Below are positions 9,860 to 20,172 of a DNA stretch of 64,000 nt, piece by piece. The DNA is taken from positions 3,968,001 to 4,032,000 of the forward strand of contig OZ253564.1 in assembly GCA_965262915.1 (NCBI GenBank), read 5' to 3'. This DNA is from Candidatus Spongiisociaceae bacterium. GTDB taxonomy: Bacteria; Actinomycetota; Acidimicrobiia; Spongiisociales; Spongiisociaceae. The position numbers were made by a program, and so were the translations under genes. Numbering within the stretch: the first letter of the stretch is position 1; the number at the start of each line of letters is the position of its first letter. The notes beneath the pieces were generated by a model, which searched no databases, was not told the DNA's origin, and saw only the letters and a program-made list of their open reading frames with translations.

Positions 9860-10184
9860 ATTCTCCCCTGCCCATTTTCACCGACCCGGCCTGGCTCCTC
9901 CCCCGGCCTGAAGAATCGGGGCCAGAGTTCCGTGTATGCGAAGCCCTACCTTCCGAGATGGGCGTGCATGAGGAGCAGGTCGCGGAGTAGGGCAGGATGC
10001 TCGCCGCCGAACCTTCCATCTCGAACCGAGTGGCTCTAACCACGAGACGGCATACGGGATTCCGGCCGCCTGTCCCTCCGGGTGGGAATCGACCCTTTGG
10101 TCAGGGCTCTGTCCGATGCACCGGATAGAGCAGACACATGCTGTGTAGACTCCGATAACCTACAAAGCGGGAAGGATACGTAAT

Positions 10185-10439
10185 ATGGAACTAACCGCCA
10201 TCGTATACCGTGATGAGGGTGGTGAGGGCTGGGTTGTGGAATGCCCCGAGGTTCCGGGCTGTGTCAGCCAGGGCGACACACGGGAAGAAGCACTGGAGAG
10301 CATTCGCGAAGCAGCCGAGCTGCTACTTGAGGGATATGCCGAATACGGATGGCCCTCAACCAACCCGCAGACAGACGACATACCCAAGACAGATCTCACC
10401 GCCCATCGGATAAGCGTCGCCGTTCCTGCCGTAGCTTGA
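10185..10439 (+). CDS. hicB: HicB family antitoxin
   Basis: GWVVECPEVPGCVSQGDTREEALESIREA. Confidence 0.9.
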   Translation: MELTAIVYRDEGGEGWVVECPEVPGCVSQGDTREEALESIREAAELLLEGYAEYGWPSTNPQTDDIPKTDLTAHRISVAVPAVA

Positions 10440-10448
10440 TCGTATCCT

Positions 10449-10667
10449 ATGCCGCCGGTGCCATTGGTGTCCGCCGCACAGGCGGTACGCGTGTTCGAGC
10501 ACTTCGGCTGGGAGATTGACCGCCAGCGGGGTAGTCACATCATCATGCAGAAGCGTGGGGCGCCGTCGCTCTCAGTGCCGAACAAATCAACTATCCGGCA
10601 AGGCACGCTGCGTTCCCTCATCCGACGAGCGGGCTTGACTGTAGAGGAGTTCTGCGACGCATTCTGA
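10449..10667 (+). CDS. hicA: HicA family toxin
   Basis: GWEIDRQRGSHIIM...SVP...GTLRSLIRRAG. Confidence 0.9.
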   Translation: MPPVPLVSAAQAVRVFEHFGWEIDRQRGSHIIMQKRGAPSLSVPNKSTIRQGTLRSLIRRAGLTVEEFCDAF

Positions 10668-10736
10668 TGTGCTGTCACGCCGGATGCCTTGTGGAATGCG
10701 AGATCCTCGCTCTCCGAGGGAGGAGAGATCCCCCGG

Positions 10737-11675
10737 CTACCTCTCCTCCCGTACGTAGGGAATACCCAGTGCGGCGGGGGCGCCGATGCGCCTGCGCAGG
10801 TCGCCTCGGGCCAGGATGAACAGGGCGGCGATCGTGAGAATGAAGGGCATCATCTTCAGGACCTCGGCGGGGATCTCATCAAAGCCGAGAGCCTGCAGGG
10901 TGAAGTTGGTGCGTACGGCGAGACCGAAGACATACGCACCCAGCAGCAACCGGAAGGGTCGCCAAGCCGCGAACACCACCAACCCGATGGCTATCCAGCC
11001 CAAACCCGCGACCGTCGCCTCGGCGTTCCATGACGTAACGATCACCGTGATCATGTTCGCCCCGCCAAGGCCAGCCAGCGCGCCTCCGACTATGGCGTAG
11101 GCGTAGCGGGTTCGGAGCACGTTGATCCCGACCGTGTCGGCGGTCGAGGGTTCCTCGCCGACCGCGCGCAGCGACAGCCCGAGCCGCGTCCTCGAAATGT
11201 GGAAAGCCGTGAACGCGACCAGCACCCACGAGATGTAGACGAATATCGTCTGCCGGAACAGGATCGGTCCCAGCACCGGCACCTGGCTCAACACCGGAAT
11301 CTCGATCGCGGTAACTGTCTTGTTAATGACAGTAAAGCCATGCGGCTCCCCGATGAAACGCGCCACTCCCGAAGCGAAAACGAACAGGGCAAGGCCGGAC
11401 AGTATCTGGTTGGCGCGGAAGGACACGGAGAGCACGGCGTGGAGACTGCCTATGAGGGCGCCCCAGAGTATGCCGACCGCAACGCCTACGATCACGTTGT
11501 CGGTCGCCTGGATCGCGGTGAATGTTCCGATGGCGCCGAGGAGCATGGTCCCCTCGACTGACAGGTTCAGAATCCCGGCCCGCTCGCTGAGCAACTCCCC
11601 CAGTCCTGCCAAGACGATCGGCGTACCGGCTGTGATAGCACCGGCCAGGGTAAGCACCAGCACGCTGTCATTCAT
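10737..11675 (-). CDS. Nucleoside/purine ABC transporter permease
   Basis: GELLSERAGILNLSVEG, LRAVGEEP, GLGWIAIG. Confidence 0.9.
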   Translation of the reverse strand: MNDSVLVLTLAGAITAGTPIVLAGLGELLSERAGILNLSVEGTMLLGAIGTFTAIQATDNVIVGVAVGILWGALIGSLHAVLSVSFRANQILSGLALFVFASGVARFIGEPHGFTVINKTVTAIEIPVLSQVPVLGPILFRQTIFVYISWVLVAFTAFHISRTRLGLSLRAVGEEPSTADTVGINVLRTRYAYAIVGGALAGLGGANMITVIVTSWNAEATVAGLGWIAIGLVVFAAWRPFRLLLGAYVFGLAVRTNFTLQALGFDEIPAEVLKMMPFILTIAALFILARGDLRRRIGAPAALGIPYVREER

Positions 11676-12853
11676 GTACTCGACTCCTCCAGTGGAATGG
11701 TCTCCGCTCCCGGCGGTGCCGCCATGGCGGCGGGTGCATCATCCGGCCCGGCGCGGCGCGGTATCCAACGCCATCGATAGGACAGCAGGGTCGCACCCCC
11801 CACCACGAAGAGGATCAACGTTCCCTGCACGATTATCGAAACCGATATCGGTATCGGGTTGCTCATCGACTGCAGGGTCAGGGCTGCGTTCTCGACCGCG
11901 CCCAGGATCACGGCAGATATGACTATGCCCAACGGAGCCAGCCTGCCGAGTGCGGCGACGACGATACCGGTGTAGCCAAGCCCGGCGGCGAAACCCTCGG
12001 GGCTGAAACGTCCACCTCTTCCCAGTAGCTCGATGGCGCCGGCCAAACCGGCCAGCGAACCGGAGATCAGCAGCACCCGCATCGTCAGGGCACCAATCCT
12101 TATGCCCGAATAGTGGGCGGCCTTGGCGGAACTGTTCATTACGCGCATCGTGAATCCGAGCCGTGTGTAACGCAAGATGAAATGCACCGCGACCGCCGCG
12201 AGGATGGCGACGAAAAAGCCCCAATGCATCCTGGTGGTCCCGATCCGGGGAAGCTCCAGAAAGGAAGCCACCTCACGACCTACCGGATGGCCGATCAGGG
12301 TCGTATCCCGCCATGGGCTGGTCGTGCCATCGACCAGGTAATAGGAGAATATGACCGCTACGAAGTTGAGCATCAGGCTGGTGAGTATCTCGTTCACACC
12401 GTACTTGGCCTTGCCATAGGCCACCAGAGCAACCCAGAACACGCCGCCTAACATGCCTGCGAGCAGGGTCATCGGGATACCAATCGGGGGCGACATGATG
12501 TCGCCTATCCACACGCCGAACCCTGTAGCGGCAATGGCGCCGAAAATGAGTTGACCTTCGGCGCCGATGTTCCAAAGTCGGACCCGGAAGGCAAATGCCA
12601 CGGCGAGACCGGTGAGGATGAGCGGAGTCGCGCTCGTTAGCGTATCGGCGAAACCGAACCACGACCCGAAGGCCGTCCTGACAATCTCGAAATACACCTC
12701 GAGCGGATTGAACGATCGAAACGCGAGAAAAGCTGCCACGACCAGTAGTGCGAGGCCTATCGAGGCGATGGGAAGCATGACCTTGAGCCACAGCGGTGCT
12801 GTCGGTCGGGGCTCGACCACTACGGGCCACCGGAAGGCGCGACCGCTAATCAC
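11672..12853 (-). CDS. Nucleoside/purine ABC transporter permease
   Basis: WNIGAEGQ, NEILTSLMLNF, GYTGIVVAALG. Confidence 0.9.
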   Translation of the reverse strand: MISGRAFRWPVVVEPRPTAPLWLKVMLPIASIGLALLVVAAFLAFRSFNPLEVYFEIVRTAFGSWFGFADTLTSATPLILTGLAVAFAFRVRLWNIGAEGQLIFGAIAATGFGVWIGDIMSPPIGIPMTLLAGMLGGVFWVALVAYGKAKYGVNEILTSLMLNFVAVIFSYYLVDGTTSPWRDTTLIGHPVGREVASFLELPRIGTTRMHWGFFVAILAAVAVHFILRYTRLGFTMRVMNSSAKAAHYSGIRIGALTMRVLLISGSLAGLAGAIELLGRGGRFSPEGFAAGLGYTGIVVAALGRLAPLGIVISAVILGAVENAALTLQSMSNPIPISVSIIVQGTLILFVVGGATLLSYRWRWIPRRAGPDDAPAAMAAPPGAETIPLEESST

Positions 12854-14343
12854 GTGCTGCTTCCGGTCATCGCCAACCCGACCGTGTCCCGATCCAGGTC
12901 CTCGATCGCCGTCTCGTAGGCGACCCTACCTTCGTACAGGACCATCACGGTGTCGGCGAGGGCGAACACCTCATCCAGATCCTCCGAAATGAGGACGATC
13001 GCACACCCTTCCTCGCGCAGGCGACCGATCTCCTCATGTACGAACTGTGCCGACGCCACGTCCAGACCTTGGGTCGGCGAAGACACCACGAGGACGTCCG
13101 GCGACCCGGAAAGCTCTCGCGCCAGGATCACTCGCTGGAGGTTCCCACCCGATAGGGTGCCCGTCTTGACGTCAGGCCCGGCAACAACGATCCCATAGTC
13201 CTCGATATGCTTGAGCGCCCGCCGGTGAGCGCGCGAAGCGTTGAATCCGCTCCTGACCGCGTCGGTCAACATCAGGTTCTCGGCAACGGACAGGTCTGGG
13301 GCCAGACCAGTGTGCAGGCGATCGCTGGGTATATACCCGAGGCCTTGGTTGCGGGCAGCCCGCGGACCTCCACCCGTGATGTCCATCCCAGCGATTTCCA
13401 CCGAGCCCGAGTCGGGCACGACGAGACCGGCCAGTACATCGGCCAGCAAATCCTGGCCATTACCCGCTACCCCCGCGATGCCGACGATCTCCCCCGAACG
13501 CGCTGCGAGCGTGATCCCGTGCAGTCCTTCCCGGTCGTTCGTGCGGGAGACCTCGAGATCTGTGGCCGCCAAGACCGGTTCTCCGACCTCGCCGGTACCC
13601 TCCTGGCGTGAGAATTCGTGTTCGACCGGACGACCGATCATGGCGGTGGCGAGGGCGGCCGCCGTGGTCTCCTCCGTGGGGATCACCAGTTCGACACGAC
13701 CATCCCGCATCACCGTCACCGTGTCCGAGACGGCCATGACCTCCCGCAGCTTGTGTGTGATGATCATGACGGCTACCCCATCGGCCGCGAATGAGCGAAT
13801 CGTCTCGAAGAGGCGTTCCACTTCCGCCGGTACCAGCACGGCGGTGGGCTCGTCGAGCAGGAGCACATCGACTCCTCTGAACAGAGTTTTTAGCAGGTCG
13901 ACCCGCTGCCGCTCGCCGGCCGATAGTTCTCCGGCTGCGGCCCCGACGCGTACCGACAGGCCGTATCGGTCCATGAGCGAACGGACTCTGGCACGAATCT
14001 TCCCGTATTCCAAGTAGTAGGGGAGATCGGGATCACCGAGCACGATGTTCTCCTCGACGGTCAACCGATCCACCAATCGAGCATGCTGGTGAACCATGCC
14101 GACACCACGAGCGAGGGCATCCGGTGGGTTACGGAACTCGACAATCTCCCCGTCGAGTTTCAGGGCTCCGCTATCAGGCCTGTAGAGACCCGACAGCATA
14201 TTGGCCAGTGTCGTCTTCCCGGCCCCGTTCTGACCGAGGACGGCATGAACCGAATGGCGCGCCAGAAACAGGTCCACGGAGTCATTGGCCACAACCGGCC
14301 CGAAACGCTTGCTGAGTCCGTGAGCCTCAAACATGACTTTCAC
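12850..14343 (-). CDS. Nucleoside/sugar ABC transporter ATP-binding protein (double ABC domain)
   Basis: GQNGAGKTT, LLLDEPT, LSGGNLQR. Confidence 0.92.
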   Translation of the reverse strand: MKVMFEAHGLSKRFGPVVANDSVDLFLARHSVHAVLGQNGAGKTTLANMLSGLYRPDSGALKLDGEIVEFRNPPDALARGVGMVHQHARLVDRLTVEENIVLGDPDLPYYLEYGKIRARVRSLMDRYGLSVRVGAAAGELSAGERQRVDLLKTLFRGVDVLLLDEPTAVLVPAEVERLFETIRSFAADGVAVMIITHKLREVMAVSDTVTVMRDGRVELVIPTEETTAAALATAMIGRPVEHEFSRQEGTGEVGEPVLAATDLEVSRTNDREGLHGITLAARSGEIVGIAGVAGNGQDLLADVLAGLVVPDSGSVEIAGMDITGGGPRAARNQGLGYIPSDRLHTGLAPDLSVAENLMLTDAVRSGFNASRAHRRALKHIEDYGIVVAGPDVKTGTLSGGNLQRVILARELSGSPDVLVVSSPTQGLDVASAQFVHEEIGRLREEGCAIVLISEDLDEVFALADTVMVLYEGRVAYETAIEDLDRDTVGLAMTGSST

Positions 14344-14471
14344 CGATCCGGACCAACGCAGCGAAGCTGCGCGCGATAAGACGGTTCTCAGCCATCACCC
14401 ACAATCTACTTCCGCCTCGGTAATGCCGATGGTGATTCAACGCACAAAGGGTGTGACGCCTCGGTCGGATC

Positions 14472-14499
14472 GAGGTCCCCGCCATGGAGCGGGGACCTC
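14472..14499 (-). terminator. Stem-loop after substrate-binding gene (terminator/mRNA stabiliser)
   Basis: GAGGTCCCCGC-N6-GCGGGGACCTC 11-bp stem. Confidence 0.55.
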
Positions 14500-14557
14500 T
14501 ACCAAGCTAGCGGTCACCGATGGTTCTGATCGGGCGAACCGCAATCCACCTTTCTAG

Positions 14558-15709
14558 TTACGATGGAAAGCCCCCGATCACTCCTTCGAGAAGGAAGTCC
14601 ATTCCCAGGAGAAAGCCGAGGTCGGCGACCTCTCCGTCTGCGAGGACTTGATTGCCGTCCTGGTCGTTGAGGGGACCGGTGAACACGTTCAGTTCCCCAC
14701 TAGTCATACCTTCGACGGCCGCATCGAGTAGGGCAACGGTCTCGTCAGACAGGAAATCTGCGTATGGGCCAGGGGATAGTGTCTCCGCCCCCAGGGTCAG
14801 ATAGGTGTTACCGGCTTCGTACGTTCCGTCGATCATCTGTTGAGCCACTTCGGCGAAGTAGCCGCCCAACTCCAGGAGGGCGCCGGTGAGATAGGCCTCC
14901 GGAGCGAACCGCTGTCCGTTGTCATAAATCTCGATCCAGTAGCCACCTCGAGCTTGTGCCACCTCTCCCGCGGTGGTCAACTCGGTTACCTGGGCCACGG
15001 CTCTGACACCTGTGTCGAAGAGCGATTCCGCAGCTTGGCCTTCGATCAGCGGGTCGAACCACGTCCCTGTCCAAACGACCTGAACCGTCGCGTCGGGGTT
15101 GACCGACCTAGCCCCCAGCAGCAATCCGTTGATGTCGCGCAGAACCTCTGGGATCGGATACGAGGCGAGGATGCCGATCTCGTCGGCTTCCACCAGGCTG
15201 GCGGCCGCTACACCGCCCAGATACATACCCTGCTCGAAACCACCGTCGTACGATCCGACGTTCTCGGACAGCAGGAAGAAGCCGGGGCCGAGGAACTGGG
15301 CTTCGGGGTACTTCTCCGCCACTGCCACGACCTGGTCCTGGTAGTCGAACGAAGTCGTGACCAGCAACCTAACCCCTCGCCTGATGAGATCTTCGAACAC
15401 CCGCTCAGCTTCGGCGGTCGCCGGTACGGACTCGAGGAAGAGCGTCTCGACCGCGTCACCCATCGCATCCTCCAGCGCGAGCCGTCCCATGTTGTGCCGG
15501 AAGTTCCAACCGTGCTCACCCACCGGACCCTGATGTACGAAAGCCACCTTCAATGGCTCGGCAGTCGGGGCCTCGGTGGTGGTGGGTGCCGCCGTCGTCG
15601 TTACTGCGGCAGCTGCCGTCGTGGTTGTCTCGGCTTCTTCACCGCCGCAGGCCGCTGCCACTAGGAGCAACGCAACCAGACCGACAACCCATTTCCTCGA
15701 TGTCCCCAT
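14558..15709 (-). CDS. BMP-family ABC substrate-binding lipoprotein
   Basis: Lipobox VAAAC, Thr/Ala linker, GPVGEHGWN, VVWTGTWFDP. Confidence 0.9.
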   Translation of the reverse strand: MGTSRKWVVGLVALLLVAAACGGEEAETTTTAAAAVTTTAAPTTTEAPTAEPLKVAFVHQGPVGEHGWNFRHNMGRLALEDAMGDAVETLFLESVPATAEAERVFEDLIRRGVRLLVTTSFDYQDQVVAVAEKYPEAQFLGPGFFLLSENVGSYDGGFEQGMYLGGVAAASLVEADEIGILASYPIPEVLRDINGLLLGARSVNPDATVQVVWTGTWFDPLIEGQAAESLFDTGVRAVAQVTELTTAGEVAQARGGYWIEIYDNGQRFAPEAYLTGALLELGGYFAEVAQQMIDGTYEAGNTYLTLGAETLSPGPYADFLSDETVALLDAAVEGMTSGELNVFTGPLNDQDGNQVLADGEVADLGFLLGMDFLLEGVIGGFPS

Positions 15710-15909
15710 ACGAACCTCCGCAAAGCTTGGGATTTGCTGATGTCATGACCGACCAGCGCTTCCCGTCGATGCTAAACAGTCCGTTCGTAACCTGGAAATG
15801 CACTCTCGGGGTATGAAAGCAAGGCGGATCAGCTAGACCCACCACCACGGGGTGGTGACCATTCTCCTCCGGGTGGCGACCGGGTGATTACGGACGATCG
15901 ACATCGAGC

Positions 15910-16227
15910 TCATGAACCCCGAGGTTCGAAACTTCGCTCCACGGCTTCAGACGCCAACTCCCTCGCCAGGTCCGTAAGCCACGTCCGGTAGCCATCCTTG
16001 TCGAGCATCATCCGCGCCTTGTTCTGCTCGATGGAGTCCCGCTTGGCCCGCAGAAAGTCGTCCAAGTCCAGACCGGCGATCCCTTCCGCCGCTTCGATGA
16101 GACGGCCGGCACCTTCGATGAGCCGGAACGAACCATAGATCGCCTTCTCATCGAGGCTGAGACGGGCGGACGTGACCAGGTAGAGGATGAACTCGAAGAG
16201 CGGATCGTCGTGCTTGGTCTCGCTCAC
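15910..16227 (-). CDS. DUF6092-like small helical protein
   Basis: GTG overlapping nitroreductase stop (GTGA); LFEFILYLVTSARLSLDEKAIYGSFRLIE. Confidence 0.65.
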   Translation of the reverse strand: MSETKHDDPLFEFILYLVTSARLSLDEKAIYGSFRLIEGAGRLIEAAEGIAGLDLDDFLRAKRDSIEQNKARMMLDKDGYRTWLTDLARELASEAVERSFEPRGS

Positions 16228-16796
16228 GGCGGGTCGGTCCAATCCTTTCCGTAGAGGTTGTGGTGGACGGTGGGATGGAAACCCTTGACCGGCTTGGGGT
16301 GATTCACCACGGGAATCCCGACAGCCATCAGGACTTCCGGCCTGATGTGTTCCGGCAGGCTGAATATCGCCTGGACCACCTCCTCGGTCCAACTCGTCAC
16401 CTTGCAGACACCGATCCCGAGCACCGGGGCGGCGATGGTGAGGTAGCCGGCCGCAGCGCCGGCGTCGAGCCGGGTGACGACCTCGACCCCGCGCGGTCCC
16501 ATCACCTCCTCGGCTTTCTCGAGGTCGCTGCAGATCACGATGATGGCGGGGGCGTTGTTCACAAAGCCGGGACAGGCCTGCCGTACGGTCCGGACCAGCC
16601 GCGGATCGGTTACGACGATGAGATGCCGGATCCCCGGCCGAGCCACCTGGGCACGGCCCGCGGCGTATACGAGACGCTCCAGGATCTCCTCGTCGACCGG
16701 GTCGGGAGCGAACACGCGGTGCATCCGCCGCCGGCGCATCGCCTCGAACACGGCTCGCGCCATACTGCTTCCGGTCTCGGATCCACCCTGGGCCAC
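16224..16796 (-). CDS. Nitroreductase family protein
   Basis: AMRRRRMHRVF..PVDEEIL, NAPAIIVIC, DAGAAA, LMAVGIP. Confidence 0.85.
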   Translation of the reverse strand: MAQGGSETGSSMARAVFEAMRRRRMHRVFAPDPVDEEILERLVYAAGRAQVARPGIRHLIVVTDPRLVRTVRQACPGFVNNAPAIIVICSDLEKAEEVMGPRGVEVVTRLDAGAAAGYLTIAAPVLGIGVCKVTSWTEEVVQAIFSLPEHIRPEVLMAVGIPVVNHPKPVKGFHPTVHHNLYGKDWTDPP

Positions 16797-17034
16797 CGGG
16801 TGACTGTACTACAGCAACAGCACGCACCACCGAGCTGATCTGATGCTGGTGTACGAGCAGCGGCAGGACATCATTTCGAAGCGCGAAAAGAGATCAGCAA
16901 TTGCGCCGACGTACGGCTTCTTCACGAGCAGGCAGGTGGGTGTGAAGACCTCGAAGTGATATCATTCGGCTGATGAAGGAGTTCGCACAGAAGAAGTCGA
17001 GAGAGAGACTTCTCGAGATGTTTTCGCCGGGTCC

Positions 17035-17556
17035 ATGAGCAGTCAAATCGATCGGGGCCCGGTTAGCCCCCTTCCTGGGCTAGATGCGATCGACCAAGGG
17101 ATCATCGCGACGCTGCAAGAAGACGGAAGGAAGTCTTTTCGCAGCATAGCCGCCCAGATCGGTGTATCGGAGGGGACCGTCCGAACCCGATACGCCAAGC
17201 TCCACAATGACAATGTGCTCCGCGTGACCGGAATCACTAACCCGCTGAGCCTTGGTTTCGATGCAATGGCCATGATCGGTGTCAAAACCAGTGGCCCGCC
17301 CGGCACCGTTGCCGATACACTAGCCACTTGGAAGGAGAGCAGCTACGTCGTGATAGCTGCAGGCCAATTCGACCTCCTCGTCGAGTTGGTTTGTTTCGAT
17401 CGAGGCCATCTCTTGGAGGTTATCAACCGTATCCGGGAGCTTTCGGGTGTAGTCTCCACCGAGAGCTTCGTCTACCTAGACCTCTATAAGCAGCTCTACA
17501 ACTGGGGAGTGCCCGTGCCGGAGAGATCGAAGCCCGGCATTGGCAATGGCTCGTAA
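17035..17556 (+). CDS. Lrp/AsnC family transcriptional regulator
   Basis: LDAIDQGIIATLQEDGRKSF..IA..IGVSEGTVRTR; GQFDLLVE. Confidence 0.92.
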   Translation: MSSQIDRGPVSPLPGLDAIDQGIIATLQEDGRKSFRSIAAQIGVSEGTVRTRYAKLHNDNVLRVTGITNPLSLGFDAMAMIGVKTSGPPGTVADTLATWKESSYVVIAAGQFDLLVELVCFDRGHLLEVINRIRELSGVVSTESFVYLDLYKQLYNWGVPVPERSKPGIGNGS

Positions 17557-17621
17557 GTACGACATGAGCCCCAGTTCAATGGTCCACCTTCAGTGGGGGT
17601 ACGACCTATGAGGACACCAAC

Positions 17622-19082
17622 CTAGGCGAACCTCGCCATCACATGCTTCAACTCCGTGTAGTCGTCCAGTGCAAACTTTGACATATCCCGCCCGTAACCG
17701 GACTGCTTGAATCCCCCATGTGGCATCTCAGCAACGAGTGGCAGGTGATCGTTGATCCACACGGTACCGAAACGAAGCAGACGAGAAACGTGCAAGGCCC
17801 TTGAAACGTTCGTTGTCCATATCGATGATGCCAAACCGAATTCGACGTCGTTGGCTAGCCGTATTGCTTCCTCATCGCTCTTGAACCGCTGCAATGTAAC
17901 GACCGGGCCGAAAACCTCTTGTTGGACGATGGCATCTTGCTGTTCGACGGCCGTGACGACTGTCGGCTCGTAGAAAAAGCCCGGTCGATCCAGAGTAGAC
18001 CCACCTGTCACAACCTCCGCGCCTCCATCGCGTGCCTCGTCCACATAGCCGGCAACTCGAGAGAGCTGCTCCGCGGATGCGACTGGACCCATGTCGACAT
18101 CCGAACCTTCCTCGCTCAGCGGATCGCCAACACGAACTGCCTCAGCCACGTCGACAACGATCTCAAGCACCTTGTCGTATATAGTGTCAGGTACAAGCAG
18201 GCGCGTCGCTGCCGTACAATCTTGGCCGGCGTTATAGAACGAGCCGGCTGGAAGCACTTCCTTCAACCGAGCGAGATCGGCATCGTCGAAGATGAGGACC
18301 GGAGCCTTACCGCCTAGTTCAAGATGAACTCGTTTGAGATTCGATGCTGCCGCGGCAGCTACGATCTTGCCCGTCTCCACATCCCCTGTGAGCGAGATCA
18401 TATCGACCTTCGGGTGTCGCACCAAGGCTTCCCCGACCGGAACGCCGTGGCCGGTTACCACGTTGAAGACGCCCGGTGGGAACAGATCTTTGGCGATGTC
18501 GGCCATCAGAAGGGCGGACATCGGCGTCCCCTCCGACGGCTTGAGCACGATGGTATTGCCTGCAGCCAAGGCCGGACCAAGTTTCCATGCGGCGAGCTCA
18601 GCCGGATAGTTCCAAGGTACGATCCCGCCAACGACGCCTACCGGCTCCCGGCGTATGAAGCTCGTCACTCCCGCCATGTATTCACCTGCAGCGACACCTT
18701 CCAGGTTCCGAGCCATCCCAGCGAAGAACTTCAACGAATCGATAGCGAAGTCATGAATCTCCCACGCGGCTCCTTCTAGCGGTTTGCCGCAATTGAGTGC
18801 TTCGATCCGTATCAGTTCGTCGGCGCGCGCCTCGAGCCGCGACGCGAACTCCCAGAGTGCGGCGCTGCGTTCTCTGGGCGTGGAATCTCGCCACGGACCC
18901 TCAAAAGCACGCTGCGCTGCGGCTACAGCCCGATTGACGTCCTCGACGTCACCATGTGCTGCTCTAAAAACCTCGGCTTCGGTTACCGGGCTGATGATCG
19001 AATCCAGCTCAGGCGAGGCCGATCCCACCCATTCACCATCGATAAAGATTCGACCGGACTTGTCGTCCAGCATCGTTACCAC
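17622..19082 (-). CDS. Aldehyde dehydrogenase, gamma-aminobutyraldehyde dehydrogenase-like
   Basis: PWNYP, LELGGKAP, NAGQDCTA, EVFGPV, EMPHGGFKQSGYG. Confidence 0.9.
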   Translation of the reverse strand: MVTMLDDKSGRIFIDGEWVGSASPELDSIISPVTEAEVFRAAHGDVEDVNRAVAAAQRAFEGPWRDSTPRERSAALWEFASRLEARADELIRIEALNCGKPLEGAAWEIHDFAIDSLKFFAGMARNLEGVAAGEYMAGVTSFIRREPVGVVGGIVPWNYPAELAAWKLGPALAAGNTIVLKPSEGTPMSALLMADIAKDLFPPGVFNVVTGHGVPVGEALVRHPKVDMISLTGDVETGKIVAAAAASNLKRVHLELGGKAPVLIFDDADLARLKEVLPAGSFYNAGQDCTAATRLLVPDTIYDKVLEIVVDVAEAVRVGDPLSEEGSDVDMGPVASAEQLSRVAGYVDEARDGGAEVVTGGSTLDRPGFFYEPTVVTAVEQQDAIVQQEVFGPVVTLQRFKSDEEAIRLANDVEFGLASSIWTTNVSRALHVSRLLRFGTVWINDHLPLVAEMPHGGFKQSGYGRDMSKFALDDYTELKHVMARFA

Positions 19083-19158
19083 TCCCCTCTCCTTGTTATC
19101 AGCCGCTAATCTACTCTAATACGCGGACTACTCACATTTTATAAGAAGTCGTGCTCGC

Positions 19159-20172
19159 TTACTCGTACGATATCCGCAACCGTGCCCGGACTCGATCGAC
19201 GATCAATGCGACGATGAGTAGGGAGCCCAAGACGATGCCCTGGGCATGCCCTGGGATCCGAGTGAGGTCCATTCCATTGCTCAGCATGACGATGAACAAC
19301 GAGCCGAAGACTGCGCCTGAGACCCTTCCCTCACCCCCATAGATAGAAACCCCTCCTAGTACTGCGGCAACAATCGACAGCAGCGGATACTGCAGACCTA
19401 TGTTCGACTCCCCTGACGCGATACGAGCTGTAAGTAGAACACCAACAAGTGCGGCAAGCATCGATCCAGTGACAAAGAGAAAGATCACGTCCCGTCGAAC
19501 TGGGATACCTGAAACACGCGCAGCAAGGGCATTTCCCCCGATGATGTAACCATGGCGACCCAAGACCGTACGGTTAAGAAGGAAGTATATCGCCATCACC
19601 ATTACGGCACCGATGAGAACCGGTACAGGAATACCAACGAGCCTTCCCGTACCGAAATACCGCGGGAACTCTGGTGGTAGGCCTATGACGGGCGCCGCCC
19701 CAGATAATAGCAAAGCTACGCTCAATGCAATAGATGCCATCCCGAGCGTCACAATGAAAGACGATATCTGAAAGTACATAACGACGATCCCGTTGACTAA
19801 CCCGACGATCAAGCCGACGGCAAGTCCCGCAAGAGTACCAACCACGATTTTCGTCATGGCCGACCCGCCGCCAACATCCGAAGACATGACCATAGCCACC
19901 ACAATACTTGTCAGAGAAACAACGGAGCCGTTTGACAGATCGTAATTCCTGGTGATCAAGTAAAGCGTTGCGCCGAGGGTAATTATAAGGAGATAAGTAT
20001 GCTGTCTGAGTATATTTGTGAGGTTGTTGATTGAAGCGAACCGCGGTTCGACGATAGTGAACCCGATGAACAGTGCTATTAGAAGCGGAGGAAGAATCCC
20101 CCACCTAACAAAGGCTTGCCTCGGGCTGAGGGCATTCCTCATATTTCTTATCCAACCTTCTTGTGTGCTCAT
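19159..20172 (-). CDS. Ribose-type ABC transporter permease
   Basis: DLSNGS, SFIVTLG, AAVLGGVSIYGGEG. Confidence 0.9.
   Translation of the reverse strand: MSTQEGWIRNMRNALSPRQAFVRWGILPPLLIALFIGFTIVEPRFASINNLTNILRQHTYLLIITLGATLYLITRNYDLSNGSVVSLTSIVVAMVMSSDVGGGSAMTKIVVGTLAGLAVGLIVGLVNGIVVMYFQISSFIVTLGMASIALSVALLLSGAAPVIGLPPEFPRYFGTGRLVGIPVPVLIGAVMVMAIYFLLNRTVLGRHGYIIGGNALAARVSGIPVRRDVIFLFVTGSMLAALVGVLLTARIASGESNIGLQYPLLSIVAAVLGGVSIYGGEGRVSGAVFGSLFIVMLSNGMDLTRIPGHAQGIVLGSLLIVALIVDRVRARLRISYE

Noticed and set aside
16797-16975. Cys-rich RiPP precursor (GGACCCS) before the nitroreductase
   Set aside because: No suitable start or RBS in that frame, and no YcaO or radical SAM genes nearby
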